A stretch of DNA of 63,981 bases, counting the filler, from Octopus bimaculoides (lineage: Eukaryota), in the NCBI RefSeq assembly GCF_001194135.2. It is 5 parts of 5 records of this genome, joined end to end, with 100 filler letters (N's around TTAATTAATTAA, not from the genome) between each part and the next. Parts side by side here need not be neighbours in the genome. Positions count along the whole stretch, not along the records: positions 5,560 to 26,497 come from NC_068982.1; positions 26,598 to 46,773 come from NC_068983.1; 3 more parts are not named here. One strand, given 5' to 3'. Both the position numbers and the translations under genes were made by a program. Below, in pieces: positions 25,284-38,957 of this stretch. The notes under the pieces are model-generated. The model saw only the letters and a program-made list of their open reading frames with translations. It did not search any database and had not been told where the DNA came from. Within the stretch, counting starts at the first letter, position 1. Every line of letters starts with the position of its first letter.

Positions 25284-26497
25284 CGTATGTATGTGGAAGT
25301 GCGTTTAAGTCTACAAACGGAAGATAAAATCACACGAAATTTCAAATACAAATTATAAAATGTTTATCTTCAAAACAGAAACTTCAAAAACCGGATGGTT
25401 ACATAAATTTCATGTGTCCGCTTGTCTTGCAAGTATAAACACGAAACTTATGTCACTATTTACTGTTTGAAGTCCAGCTTAAATAAATACATATGAATGT
25501 ATACAGTCAGTAGTGATGAAGGTAATTTCCATGACCTTTAATCCCTTTTGCCAGACAGCTGAACTTGACTTTGCTCTGGACAAATCTGTACGTCTTGCTT
25601 CTGTGCTTGCCAGAGAATGAAACTTCACTCTAGATCCCACGGACCAGTCGGTTGTGGTGTTGAAACAATATTCAGTATCTTTGAAATTTTTAGATTTCAA
25701 AACGAGTTTAATAATAAGTAAAGTATCTTTATTTCTGTTGTTGTTCAGACTTATGATTCAGATTATTCCAAAGTCGTTGTCAATGAAGTCAGTGTTTTGT
25801 GTGTATGTTTGTCTCACTTGAATACATAATGGGCTTTAGTATATTTTTGTCTGATATACAATATCTGCGGGTTCATTTTTATATCACCTGTTTTTCAATC
25901 ATTTTATGAAAAAGACACTGAAAGACTTGGTTCCTGAGTTACTAATTCACCCTGCATTTTTTCAGCATTATTTATATATTCATTTAATGGTTCTCTCTCC
26001 ATTATTTTGGTAAGTGCGGAGAAACTTATAATTTCACTGAGGAAATTATAATTAAATGCGAAACATGTTCGGAATTGATTACCATACTTTCGGAAATAAC
26101 CCCGATAAATGAATGCTTAATATAGTTCTTTAACCTCTACACAGCTATTTCTTTATCAACATTTTCATGAATAAGAAATTCTTCTTACTCTCTATCTATA
26201 TACCATTTATTTCTGTGTATCTCGGCACTACAACATTATTTATAGTTAGCTTTATAATGTTCCCTAGAGATTAAATATAAAATCATTGCTTTATGTAAGA
26301 GAATAACAATGCTTTATGTAAGAGAATAACATCTACTACTAATAAAGAGGAGTAACCATAATTTCAGAAAGTTATTTATTCCCATTTACTCCAACTCTTG
26401 AAGTAATCCATTTTTCTCTCTGACTGTCCAACGAACTTGTTTAGACAAAAAATGAAAAAGAAAAAAAATTTCAGAAGCTGTGAATAGCCTTGATATA

Positions 26498-26597
26498 NNN
26501 NNNNNNNNNNNNNNNNNNNNNNNNNNNNNNNNNNNNNNNNNTTAATTAATTAANNNNNNNNNNNNNNNNNNNNNNNNNNNNNNNNNNNNNNNNNNNN
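26498..26597. other. Assembly linker: 100-bp gap containing TTAATTAATTAA
   Basis: The same 44N-TTAATTAATTAA-44N construct occurs at 5460-5559, 26498-26597, 46774-46873 and 61868-61967. The 12-mer places stops in all six frames, so it is artificial. Confidence 0.9.
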
Positions 26598-27432
26598 AGG
26601 TATCGATGGTCGACCCTATCGAAGGCTTTAGATTGATCTAAATTGATCAGCGCCCCACCCATGCCAGGATCCTTAACTACCCTGTCCATGATGTAGCGCA
26701 TGAGGTGGAGGTTGTCATTGATACTTCTGCCTTGTCGACCAGTTTATCGATGACAAACGCCAACCTCTCGGCTATTACTTTGGCCAAAATTTTTAAATCT
26801 GCGTTGAGTAGAGTGATGGGCCTGAAATTATCTATAAAATTCCCCTTGTTTGGGACTTTCTTCAGCAATGTCACTGCACCTCGGCTCACGAAACCGGGAA
26901 TTCTCCCGTTTTGTTGCCAGTTGCAGTAGACTGATGCCAAGAGGTCGCCAAACAAGTCTGGCATTTGACAATACAGCTCGTAGGATAGACCATCCAATCC
27001 AGTCGACTTATCCCTTGCGCAGCCCTCCATAGCATCCCTTACTTCAGCAGCTGTGATGGGACCCTCACAACACTCTGCCTCTCCCGCGGAGAGCCGCAGC
27101 AAGCCGGTCAGGTAGGCACTGAGATCCATCCTGCGTTCCGACACACCGCTCACACGGAACAGTCGAGCAAAGTGCTGTTGAACGGCCCCACACATCCTTT
27201 CGTATTCGAGCAAACTACATCCCTGTTCATCGATTAGAGACCGAATGGTGGCTCTGTTACCGCGTTGCGCCTCTGCCACCCGGGCTTCTCGCGCAGCTTC
27301 CATCCCTTCGTTCCTTAAGGCACGCATTTTAGCTCTGACGACGCAACCTTCGTGTTTGGCGTTGAGGTTTTGGTCGAGGGTCATCCTCGCAGCCAAAATG
27401 TTGGTTGCGCTGCCAGTTGTAAGTGCCTCTTC
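26598..27432 (-). mobile_element. Second Tx1-like LINE fragment (linker and N-terminal part of the RT), 5'-truncated
   Basis: Translation includes KSTGLDGLSYELY and NFRPITLLNADLKILAKVIAERL. 26600-26770 is homologous but not identical to 6507-6692. The 5' junction abuts (TATC)n. Confidence 0.85.
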
Positions 27433-29329
27433 AGATAGATAGATAGATAGATACATACATACATACATACATACATAGAGTCCATCATCTTTTTATTTAA
27501 GAGATGCGAGTATAATTAGGTTGACAGACACTGTGTAGAATCCTATGCGACAGATCGTTTCTGTAAATAATTGTCCCGTTTTGTGATAGATTACATTACG
27601 TAAGGCTAGTTCTACACGAGAATATGTATAAGAGTACGTGAAATACTCCTCCAGTTATTGGAGTCATAATCGTTAGAGGGTTGAAAAATATGCTTTCCGG
27701 TATGTGTTCCGTTTCTTTCCATTGTCAGGTCAAACCCTGCTGTGCTTAGTTTTACTTTAATTCGATTCATGGTGGTTAAGCTAAAGTACCAGTTATGTAC
27801 TGTGGATAAGGATATCCTCTAAGACCCTTATCTAAAAACTACCGGCCTTTCGCCTATATAAAAATTCATTACTTTGTAAGTAGCTATATTGATGCCGTCG
27901 CGATATACATTGAATTTCTTTGTAAAAGTATGGACAAAGATGGAATACCTAATGGGTGATGTAGGACAACATATGATCTGGCAAAATGATTCAACGAGAT
28001 TCTTTCGATTTTTTTTATTGAATGAATTCGCGTAATTTACGATGCTATAGTCCTTCAGAACATTTTACGATCCAATAGCTCGTCACTAATAAACTGTTAT
28101 CAAACTGAAGCTTCAGCATTTATTACTTTTTTCTATATTTCTGTATACATACAGCCGTCCAATATTTTCCACATTTCTTTTATATGTTTTTCTTCGATTA
28201 ATTTCTTGAATTATCAGAGATCTTGAGTTGTTTTCGTCACATCATTCACATAACATTGAACATGTCCTTTTGCTGTTACTCCGCTTAATACTATCAGTGA
28301 TAGTTTCTTTCTTTCTTTTACTTCAAATTTCAATCTTATTTAGTTTGTTTTCATCTTTTGTTTTATTGCTATTTTATATGCATACAAATTTCTTTCTTAC
28401 AAATCTGTCATTCATCGTTGTTCACAGCAGAGTTACTTTTATCTTTGTATTATAAAGATCTAAAAGTTTAGATCATACTTATGCATAGTTCCCCACGTTA
28501 GGATTACTATTATCTTCGTGCTATAAAGATCAAGAAGTTTAGAAGTTATTCACTCATAGTCTTCTGCTTACTGGATTACGACCAAGCGTTACTGATTTGC
28601 TGGATTCAATGACCTCGTTTGTTTTGTATTCACTCTCTGTGCCATTAAAAAATACGCCTTCACGCAGTATTTTCTGTACGTCTTAATTAAATATTATCAT
28701 GATGTGTGTAGGTCTTTAAATGGGTAAACTTCGAATTTATATATGTTGTATTTATTGTAACTTCTTTTACTGCAGAGTCAATAGACAACAACAGATTAGA
28801 AACAATATAATAGCACGATAGTATTATTTGAGGAGATGCAGTTTTAGCTTAACAAGAAGTAATATTATTTTATACTTATCTGTAGAACTCTAGAAATACG
28901 TTGAACGTAGTTTGTTCATACACTTTCAAAATGCTGTCTCTGCTTTGCAATATCCATTCTGAGCGGAGCAGGCATTCTTCTACTATTTAAAATTTGTAAC
29001 TATCTCTAACAGAGAAACATGATAGAATAACGAAGATAATGATTCTATTTAAATACAACTTTATATGTTAATGATATCGATATAATTCTAGTTATTCAGC
29101 TATTCGTTTCACCTGTGAATATAATATAGTGTTTTGTTCTCTAGAATGCTACACGGAAGACTATGATCCACATTTTCGATTCGATTTTTAAGATAGCAGG
29201 ACAGAATATTTGGTTCTTGTACGTAGTTTGCCGAATAAGTGCATATAGGAAAACTTCGTTAGCTTCTGCGTATATCATTAGCTACGATACTCATTGTAGT
29301 TCCAACAGCATTTGAAAAAATATTGGCCT

Positions 29330-30556
29330 TCAGCATATATTGTTAATCTTTCATACATGCATACAAAAAAATCAACTTTACATCTCGATTTGCGGCAATT
29401 TGGGCTGGATTGTCATGCAAATTTTGATTATGCTGAATCCGAATTTTGCTTTAAAGCCCTTCCTCTTCTTTTCAGGTGTGAAATTAACCACTGTGATTTA
29501 GTTATGGATACAACATCAAAAAGAAGGACGTTCTGTAACGATCCCAGTATCTTCTGTTACGTCTATGGAAACTTCACTCCACAGGCTCAACGGTGAAACA
29601 TTAATAACTTTGTCAAGAAGGCGTATCTTGCTTGCTTTAAATTAACATTTGGAGACCAGGACAAACCCTAGGCTCCCACAAAGTTTGCAAAACTTCTGTA
29701 GAAATTTGGTTTGATGAAACAATTCATCAAAGCTCTATATCACAATGGAGACAGCTTCAGCTATACATGTACAACCTTTCTAAGTCTCAGTAACTAGAAA
29801 AGGAAGGCAGGAATATTTGATGGACCTCAAATAAGAACTCTCATCAGGGATCCACATTTTGTTAGAACAATACATGCGGCGAAGCCTAGAGCTTAGAATG
29901 ACTTCTCTGATATGATGAGGAATTTCCCTGGGGACAGGGAAGTTGACAACTATCAAGAGATTGTGGCGGAGCTGTTCTTGACTTTACAAGCACTTGTATG
30001 TAGAATGGCATTAAATTGCACTACTTACACGGTCATTTGGGAGAATTTCCAGAGAACCTGGGTGATGTTAACGAAAGACAAGATGAACACTTTCACCAAG
30101 GTGTAAAAGTAATGAGAAAAAGCTACCAAGACCTATGGGACTTAAACAGGATTGCAGATTACAGCTGGAGATTGATGAGAGATAGTCAGAAAAGAGAGGA
30201 AGTTCTTGCAGTAATAAATGATCAGAGTGAATGACCTCAATGAATAGAGGTTTTGTATTCATATTTTGTTATAACCAATGTCAATTCTTACATGTTAATG
30301 TGCAATTACTCCCACAACTTTGTGTTTTGATCTATTATATTAAAACAGAAGGCATATTGTCTACGAAACATTGTATCTGTGTATGCTGTATTCTTCCTTC
30401 ATGGGCATTAAATAGTTGTTTCTAGCAAAATTAAAGATTTTATGTTTCAAAAATATGATGGAATAGTGGAAATCTGATGCCGGATTTGAATTCAGTACCC
30501 CAAAGTTAGCTAAAGACCATTAATAAAATCTGTGCCAGAAAATATGTTGACCAGTG
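29330..30556 (+). mobile_element. Decayed, internally deleted DNA transposon, probably Chapaev-like (CMC superfamily)
   Basis: Broken frames read CNDPSIFCYVYGNFTPQAQR*NINNFVKKAYLACFKLTFGDQDKP* and LHYLHGHLGEFPENLGDVNERQDEHFHQGVKVMRKSYQDLWDLNRIADYSWRL. The right end gaccagtg corresponds to a 5'-CACTGGTC terminus. The left end is degenerate. The superfamily call is from memory. Confidence 0.65.
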
Positions 30557-30693
30557 TTATATATTTGATAAAATGAATAAAAATGGGTTTTAAGGTAATT
30601 GCACCACTTTAATAATTAGATGTTTATAAGTTTATAAAAACCTAATTATCAAACTGGGGAAATTATCAGAAAAGCCATTTCTATAAATGTTTT

Positions 30694-30743
<50 letters not shown>

Positions 30744-33318
30744 CAATGCATATTTCATCTGTCTAATTCGGTATATGCGTGTATAGGTCGGTACGCATGT
30801 ATGCATACTTTAACACTTTCGATAAAACAAGTATTTGTCAGACAGTTATTTAGTTAATTAGAAAATATTTTGTAGTTATTCAGTCAATAACTCGTAAAAA
30901 TTATGAAATATCTCCCTGACACACGTCTTCGCAATGTGTAAATTTGGCTTAAAGAGTAATATATCTAAATAATTTTCACGAAGTCACCCGGTATTTATCG
31001 TATCCTCTGGGGAAAATCAGTGGAAATGTGTGAGAAAATACGCAGGTTGTTTTCTGTTTAACAAATTTTTCCAAAATATTTTTTCTAATAAAACACTCTC
31101 TCTCCCTCTCTTCCCTCTCTCTATCTATTTATTTCTCTCTCTTCCCCCTTCACCCTCTCTCCCTTTCTCTACGTCTCTCTCTCTTACACTCTCTATGTCT
31201 TTCATTTTATTGCTCGCTATATATATTTTATTTCGTTTCGCATTCTCAGCCAACATATATTTGTTTCGTTATTTAATGGTTATGCACTCGAGTGCACTGA
31301 TTGTGTCTATGAGAAAAAATTTATACCAGAAAATAAAATTGCATAATTATTGTAAACAACAAAAATAAATTCAGCGTGTAGGTAGCAAGCATCCCTCAGA
31401 TTAGAATAATTCAACGTTCCTTAATGCTTAGAAAAGATCGTAAAATGTCTGGGTTTATACCAAACTGATTTTATTTTCAACATTTGTTTCTGAAAACTTC
31501 TGTGATGATCATATTTTAGTATTTTTCTTTCATCACTTTTCAATTTCGTATTTCTATATTTTATTGTCATCGTGCAAGTATATTAATATTTTGGTAATAC
31601 TAAACGTAAACTATTCTCGATTGTTTTGTTTTTTTTTAGTATATAAATATAACTATATTCGGATGAATATATATATATATATATATATACATATACTGTT
31701 TTTATACTTTAAAGCTTTCCAAGTTCATAGTTTTACATTTTATTACAACATTTTACTGTTATTAACATTGTTAAATATTACTCTCTCACATCACCGCCTG
31801 TCATCTTTTCCTCTCCCCCTCATACATCTATATTGCTACATCTCCCTTCGCCTTATTTCGACGTACTTTATTTTCATCATGACGCATTGCTTCATTTCTT
31901 TCCACAGAATTCGCATTTTTGTTTGTTACTTTTATCATAAAATGTATCCGGATATATAAAATCGCATCAGCTATTTAACGACACATGATGCAGGAATATT
32001 AATAGACAGTTATATGAAAACAACTGTCTTACTCCGCGAAAGGTTTTCTGACATTAATATTTCATTAAACTGTAAAGGCATTACCTAAACATTACATTTT
32101 ATTACTGCATTCGGGAGAATTAACAGCACATCGATTGGTTAATTTGAACGGCTGAGTTTTCTGCTTCTTAATAAGTTAGCTTTTGGTACGTAATAAATAT
32201 CTAGCGAACCAATATAGAGAGATTTCGTCTGGAATTAATCCTTTCATCTTCTATATACAAGAAGAATTTACTATATTGGTAAAAGTGAAGGACACAAACC
32301 TTAGAAGATGACTTGAATCATGTTGAAAGCTAAATATTAGATTTCAAAATTACGTGTGAATGCGATCCAATTTAGTTTGAAAATTTAAATGTAAAAGAAA
32401 GTTGATGCAATTTCTTTATTGATTCAGGCTTTATACACAAACACAGACAAAGACACACACACGCACACAAGCACACCCACACCCACCCACAAACACACAC
32501 ACATACACACACACACACACACAAAAAAACACAAAAACACATATCTATGTGTAAGTGAATATTTATGTATCTATTATATATAGATGTAAAGTAAATTACA
32601 TACATTTTATATACTTATACGCACACAAACACATATATGTATGAATGTATGTATTTATGTATGCATGCATGTATGTATGTATGTAGGTATGTATGTATGT
32701 ATGTATGTATGTATGTATGCTTGTATGCATATTTAATTATAAATCAAATACAAACACTAGTATTTATACTTAGTGTTCACTCATGCTAAAGAGACCTTCT
32801 GATCAAAACTTTATTTTCTGCTAAATCTCTACCCTATCTAAATAGCTCCCTCTGGACGATTTACTTGTCCAACCTCTTTTATTTTATCCATCATTATTGC
32901 GAACCCGTTGCCACATATCGTAATCTAAAAGTCATTCACAGGAACTGAAAAAGTTAATGAAGTCATATGTCACATTTTATTGACCCTGTGCAGTTTAGTT
33001 AACGATAAGAACTTATTATATTCACGATAATGCATTATTTTAATTCATTCGTTTATATGCTTCTGTACGATAGAAGTATATTACTTATTAGTTCGAAACT
33101 TATTTATTAGTAAAACCGATACCTACATGTTTACAGAAATATCACAGTGTAATAACACCCGGAAAGGAAAACGAACACACATATCTACATAAACATGCGT
33201 GCACGCACACACACATATATATATACAAGTAGATAGATAAATCGATATATAGATAAATAGATAGATAGATATATAGATAGATAGATAAATAGACAGATAG
33301 ATAAATAGATAGATATAA

Positions 33319-33355
<37 letters not shown>

Positions 33356-33632
33356 TGATGCAAATACGCTAACAAAAACGCTTCGGTTTGATATAAGAAT
33401 ATACATACGTACGCAAATATAAATATAGTGAGTGATAAATGTAGAGAGAGAGACACTAAAATTTAAGAGATTCGGAAACGTGTTTATCTGTTTATCGCAT
33501 CATTATCTCTTTACCCCGCCATAAAATGTTCGGAGAGATTGTAAGTTCAAATCATTTCACTTAGAACTATTTTTTTTTTTTTATTGAGCATCTCTGGCTC
33601 TTATCTGTATATATATATAGACAGAGATAGTA

Positions 33633-33664
<32 letters not shown>

Positions 33665-34603
33665 TAGTTATCGCCAAGCCAACATGGCAGTCCCAAAATT
33701 AGGACGAAAGCTGCCATGAGTATACGAGTATATATATATATACTCGTATATACATGCATATATACATATGTGTGTGTGTGTAAAAACACGAATGAGGTGA
33801 GATTTACTCATACACACACAAACACACACACACACATGCACACACGCGCGCACGCACACACATACAAACACACAAACACACACGCATTCAAACACACATA
33901 CATATCGTGGAATTGTGTCTCGTTTTCCACTCTGCTTCTTGCCCATGTAATCGTTCTCTCAGGCCACGTATTTCACCATCCATCTCTCTGAAAGAATGAA
34001 ATATCACATTAAAAAGAAAGAAACAGGCAGACGACAGACAGGCAGTAGGAGGTTGTTGGGTTTTTTTTTTGTGTGTGTGTCATATTATCAACAAGAATAC
34101 AACAGCAACAACAACAATGAAAGGAACTACAACGAAGTTTATTTCGACACAGTGAGGAAGGACTTTACACTGTCGCTCTATCTGCTAGAATTATCAACTA
34201 AATTGTTTTCATATAATGTAGCCAAGCAATACCACATTCATAATTATTTTGTTAAGTTCCGAATTAGTAGGAACAAAATACGCACGGCCCAATCGCCATT
34301 TCAGCGTCTGTCCGAGACTTAGTATAGCGGAAGCTTACAACAATTATACAATGCTTGCTTCCTATGAAATATTCTTTAAATAAATGAAAATTTCCAGTAA
34401 GAAGAAACTATCAATATTGTAGTATCAATATATAGAAACATATTGCAGGTTTTTCTTCTATATGCCATTATGATGCATGTAATTTCTAACATAGGTGTAA
34501 CACTATCTGTTTGACAATATCGTGAGATATCAAATTTATTGTCGTGATGCAAAATACTCACGGAGATGTAATCCCTTTTTACATAAACGCCAGTTGGCTA
34601 AAC

Positions 34604-35201
34604 CAGGTCTGTCGCTAAACCCCTGCAACCCCTACGGTCACAGGGGGCTTCTGCGGTTGAGGGGTCCGATGTTAAAATGAAAGTACGTAGATGAGTTATC
34701 TATTTACTTTGGTTAAGGTGTTGAACAAGAATTAAATTATCTATGCTAACTAAGAATTTCAAGAACTAAATGGTAATACATTGTACCTGCAAGAATTCTT
34801 GTAAAATTATTACATTGTACCACGAACGTGTACCAGACTTTGTGGATTGTCTACGATATCTATTGTACTTAGCTCTCAGCTTAATTATTCAGAACTGATC
34901 GATGTTTCGCGAAAGCGAAAAGTGTGCCGTGTTTGTCTTTGAAAGTTGCCTGGATTATAAAAATGCTCTTTTATTCATATCTGGAAATTTTACTTATTGA
35001 AATGTCTAACAGACCTAAATAAATTTAACTTGTGCTTTTAAAGATGTTCTTTAGGATAACGTGAAATACTGAACTTCAGATAGAATAAAGTAAAATATAG
35101 CTATGAATAAAAGGGTGCCTAGATTATGAATTTGGATTGAAGGGATGGGGCCTCGAAACAGAAAGTTGCAAGGGACCTCTAAAAGCCACGCGATGGAGCT
35201 G
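34604..35201. mobile_element. Possible hAT-type non-autonomous element
   Basis: Degenerate terminal inverted repeats caggtctgtcgc / gcgatggagctg. The flanking 8-mers are only partly similar (ggctaaac / ggtcaaaa). Confidence 0.35.
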
Positions 35202-35731
35202 GGTCAAAAAGATATGATTGAATTCATATCATCAAGTGCGTTTTGGGCAAAAGAGCAATGTACGTAGTATATCTGACTTCAGAATCACGGTGCTCTTGTA
35301 AAGTAAATAACTGGAAAGTTCCATGTAAGAGATATGCTAGTTGGGTAGTCATCGAAAGTTTATACAGGATTTCAGTTCTTAATATTAATTATCTTATTTC
35401 ATATCGTCATATTTCAGGGTAGTTTTTTTTTTCTTTTTATTTGCCAAATAAACATACGCACAATACATTCGTTCTTTACTCGTTTAAGAACAGCAGTCAA
35501 CAAGTGAGGACCGAATATATTGTGCGTGTGTTTTTTTCGGCAAAAAAAATAATAAAGTGACCATCTCGAAATATAACAATATCAGTATAGGGTTTCACGT
35601 CAGGAATCCTGCAAAACAAATTCCTAAACGTATCTTATTTCAATAAAATGAAAAAAAATATGTTTACATATCAAAACTGAGTTAAGGAAAAATACGGACA
35701 AAACTAGTATTAAACCACAGGAAGTACTCAC

Positions 35732-35776
35732 CATTACTAACCAAGCATTCGTTATGAGAACTTGATTCTTTTCATC
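35732..35776 (-). CDS. Nicotinic acetylcholine receptor (Cys-loop ligand-gated ion channel) subunit exon: DEKNQVLITNAWLVM
   Basis: On the minus strand: tttcttactctttattatttcag|GATGAAAAGAATCAAGTTCTCATAACGAATGCTTGGTTAGTAATG|gtgagt. 45 nt, phase 0-0. Peptide and length match exon 3 of alpha7-type nAChR genes (human CHRNA7 DEKNQVLTTNIWLQM). Confidence 0.88.
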
Positions 35777-36469
35777 CTGAAATAATAAAGAGTAAGAAAT
35801 AATGAAATTTGAATTGAAATAAATTTTTAAAAAGAGATATAGATAAATAGAGATTGCGTCAGAAAAATAGACCACAAGACGAACAGACAGACAAACCAAC
35901 AGACAAGAAGACGGGCATATAGATAGACAAATAGACTGAGAGAGAAATAGAGAGAGATATACATTAAAACAAACATATGTGCTAAAAACCAAACATATGC
36001 GTGTACATGTCTTATATTAGAGCGCACGTACATATATATTATACATAGATAACTTGAAAGACACGTAGCTACAATTAGACATACATGGAGATATAAGAAC
36101 GTATATATGTACGGCGTGCGTACATAAAGAGACTAGTTTGTCAAAATCCTGCACATGATTTGCATCAAGATTTCAAATAATAAAAAGTACATATACCTGT
36201 ATACAAATGCAAATATCAACGTTCTTAGACCCACTGGGTATAAGGTTCGACATCTAAATTAATACTAAATTTCCTAAATATATACAAATTCCTGTTTGAT
36301 ATACACGAAGATTTTATCGGGAAAAATATGCCAGATATTGAATTTCACGCGCACGGAAGAAGAGGCACATTTGAATTGGAAATCAATTGGTACATATATT
36401 ATTACCTTGTAAGTACAAGCAAAAGGTAAGTCACACATTGAAATTCAAACGAACAAAAGTACACAGGAA

Positions 36470-36536
36470 CACACCCACACAACAAATACACACACACACA
36501 CATACTCACACAAACACAAACACTCACAAACACACA

Positions 36537-36575
<39 letters not shown>

Positions 36576-36890
36576 GCACATACTCACAAATACACACACA
36601 CAAATACACACAGACACACACACTCACTCACACTCAGAAACAGACACACACTCGCAAACACACACAAACGCATACACAAACATACACACACAGAAACGCA
36701 CACAGACACGCACTCACACAAACACACTCATTCACATACACACACACGCACTCTCACACACAAACTCACACACTCACAAACACACACCCACACACACACG
36801 CACAAACTCACATACTCACAAAGCACACACACACATACACACGAAAACACACACTTACAACCACACAAACACACACACACACACACATAT
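36470..36890. repeat. Long degenerate (CA)n-rich low-complexity tract
   Basis: Read directly. It produces the spurious His/Thr ORF at 36387-36926. Confidence 0.9.
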
Positions 36891-38860
36891 TCAGACCCAA
36901 ACTTAAACATACACCAGGATATTTAGATACATTGATATCTTATATATTAAATATACATGAAAGCCTCAAGACATGTGATTTGTATATGACTTATCTATTC
37001 TGTTTTAACATTTAAATACAGGAGTGCGTGTTTGTGTGTATGTTTAAGCGTGTTTATACGCACGTTCTCCCTCATACAGGCATATATATCTGCTGATTTT
37101 AAACTTGGCGCAAGGTTAGAAATTTCAGGAGAGGATAAGTCGATTACATCGTCCACTGTGTTAAAATGGTACTTATTTTATCGACCTTGAAGTATAGAAG
37201 TAGTGAAAGGTGAAAGATGCATTGGGTAAGTTTCTGTCTATCAAAATACAATGAAAGCAACTTAGATATACGAAAAAAAAAAAAAAAAATTGAAAAAGAT
37301 TTCAAACACAGTCACACATATAAGCATGCTATATATGCCTCCGTGTGTATGTGTGTGTATGTATGTGTGTGTGTGTTTGTGTGTGTAATCTACATATAGT
37401 TTTGAATAATCATTCAGTATAAAGTAAAATAGTTTTTATTATAACTTTAATAACAAAAAACATACTTTAATAGATACATACATAGGTAGATAGATTAATT
37501 GGGTGAGTGTTTGATTGATTGATTGATTGATTGATGGAGTTAGTGATTGGCATATATTTATGTATAGAAGTGTATTCACGCACCCTTAGATTAGACTATC
37601 ATTATACATGGAAGTTCCTGAGTGTGACATATGAGTGTGTGATAGTGAATATATGCGTATGCGTATGACAACGCTATCTCCTGTATTTTAATCATAGTTT
37701 CTAAATATACTCACTACATAAAAATTGAGTAATTTTGGCAGAGAAACTTTCGGCCGGAAATTGCTTGATGGTAAATATAGCATCAGTTCCTAGTATATTG
37801 CAATAATTGTTTGTTAAATGTCACCTGCGAAATTTCTCTCCTCATTTCAGTATCTTGTGAATGCAAGACGCAATTACTTGATAACTTTGGTGTTTGAACT
37901 GGATTTTTTTTTTCTCTGAAAGAAGTGTGCTAAAATGTTTAATCAATGAATAGTAGCCCAAAAGTAGAATGTCTGATCCGTAAATATTCTTATTTTCGTC
38001 TTGCAGGATCAAATTCTTTTCAAAATATGAACTAAATCTAAGGCTGAATAATTTTCGTCAATTTCATGTAAACTGTTTACCTACACAAGTTATGTGAGCT
38101 TATCTGCTAGGTAGAGGAAGTGTAATTAATATCAGTCGATTTTCATCAAAGTAACTTGAATGTAGTCGATTATGTGCATACACTTTTATGTAGACCTCGG
38201 TTAAGGGCTCAGTTTATGGGTTCTGGGAAAATTTTTGGGATCATTTAATGGCGAAGAATCAATTGTTCATTTACTGATATAAATTTCATGTTTAAAAGAA
38301 GACGAACGCCATAGCATTATTATGCATGTAGTGTAAGACAGCAAGCTGGCTGAAACGTGAACATACCGAGCAAAAGGCTTAGCGGCATTTTGTCACATAT
38401 TCATGTTGTCAGTTCGAAGTTGACTTAACCTTTTATAATTTCGGAGTCGATAAAATACGGGCCAGTAGAACACTGGGCTCAACATAATCACCTTACCCTC
38501 TCAATAGAATTTACTGACCCTGTGCCAAAGTTTTAAATCTATACCATGTATGTATTGTTAACACATTATAAACTTATGAGTTCATTTTACATAAAATATA
38601 ATGCTACTAACATTTGTCCTTTTCCGTTAAGTGAAGTTAAACGAAATCTAGCCAACTTATTACGAAGAAAGATGGTTGCTTAGGAAATTTAGGTGATGTG
38701 AGACTTTTAGTATAGGCGCAGTCACGGCATGTGTGCTAAAGAATTTTCCTTCGTTCAAAACCGTTGTTACCTCCCTTTTACCATTCTTTGCTTGTGGAAT
38801 TTAGGTGACGAAAACTGCGGAAAACTGCCGTATAAAGATATGTCTGAATGTGGGTGTGTG

Positions 38861-38957
<97 letters not shown>

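Noticed and set aside
25479-25780. Long minus frame (…KDTEYCFNTTTDWSVGSRVKFHSL…)
   Set aside because: No convincing splice sites or homology.
27600-27820. Minus frame ending NNWRSISRTLIHILV*, considered as the nAChR last exon
   Set aside because: It lacks the W..VA.VLDR motif and a full M4 helix.
28090-28390. Minus frame of about 75 codons interrupted only by three TGA codons, suggesting readthrough or selenocysteine
   Set aside because: The strand is A-rich and low-complexity, with no start, splice sites, homology or visible SECIS. It is compatible with chance.
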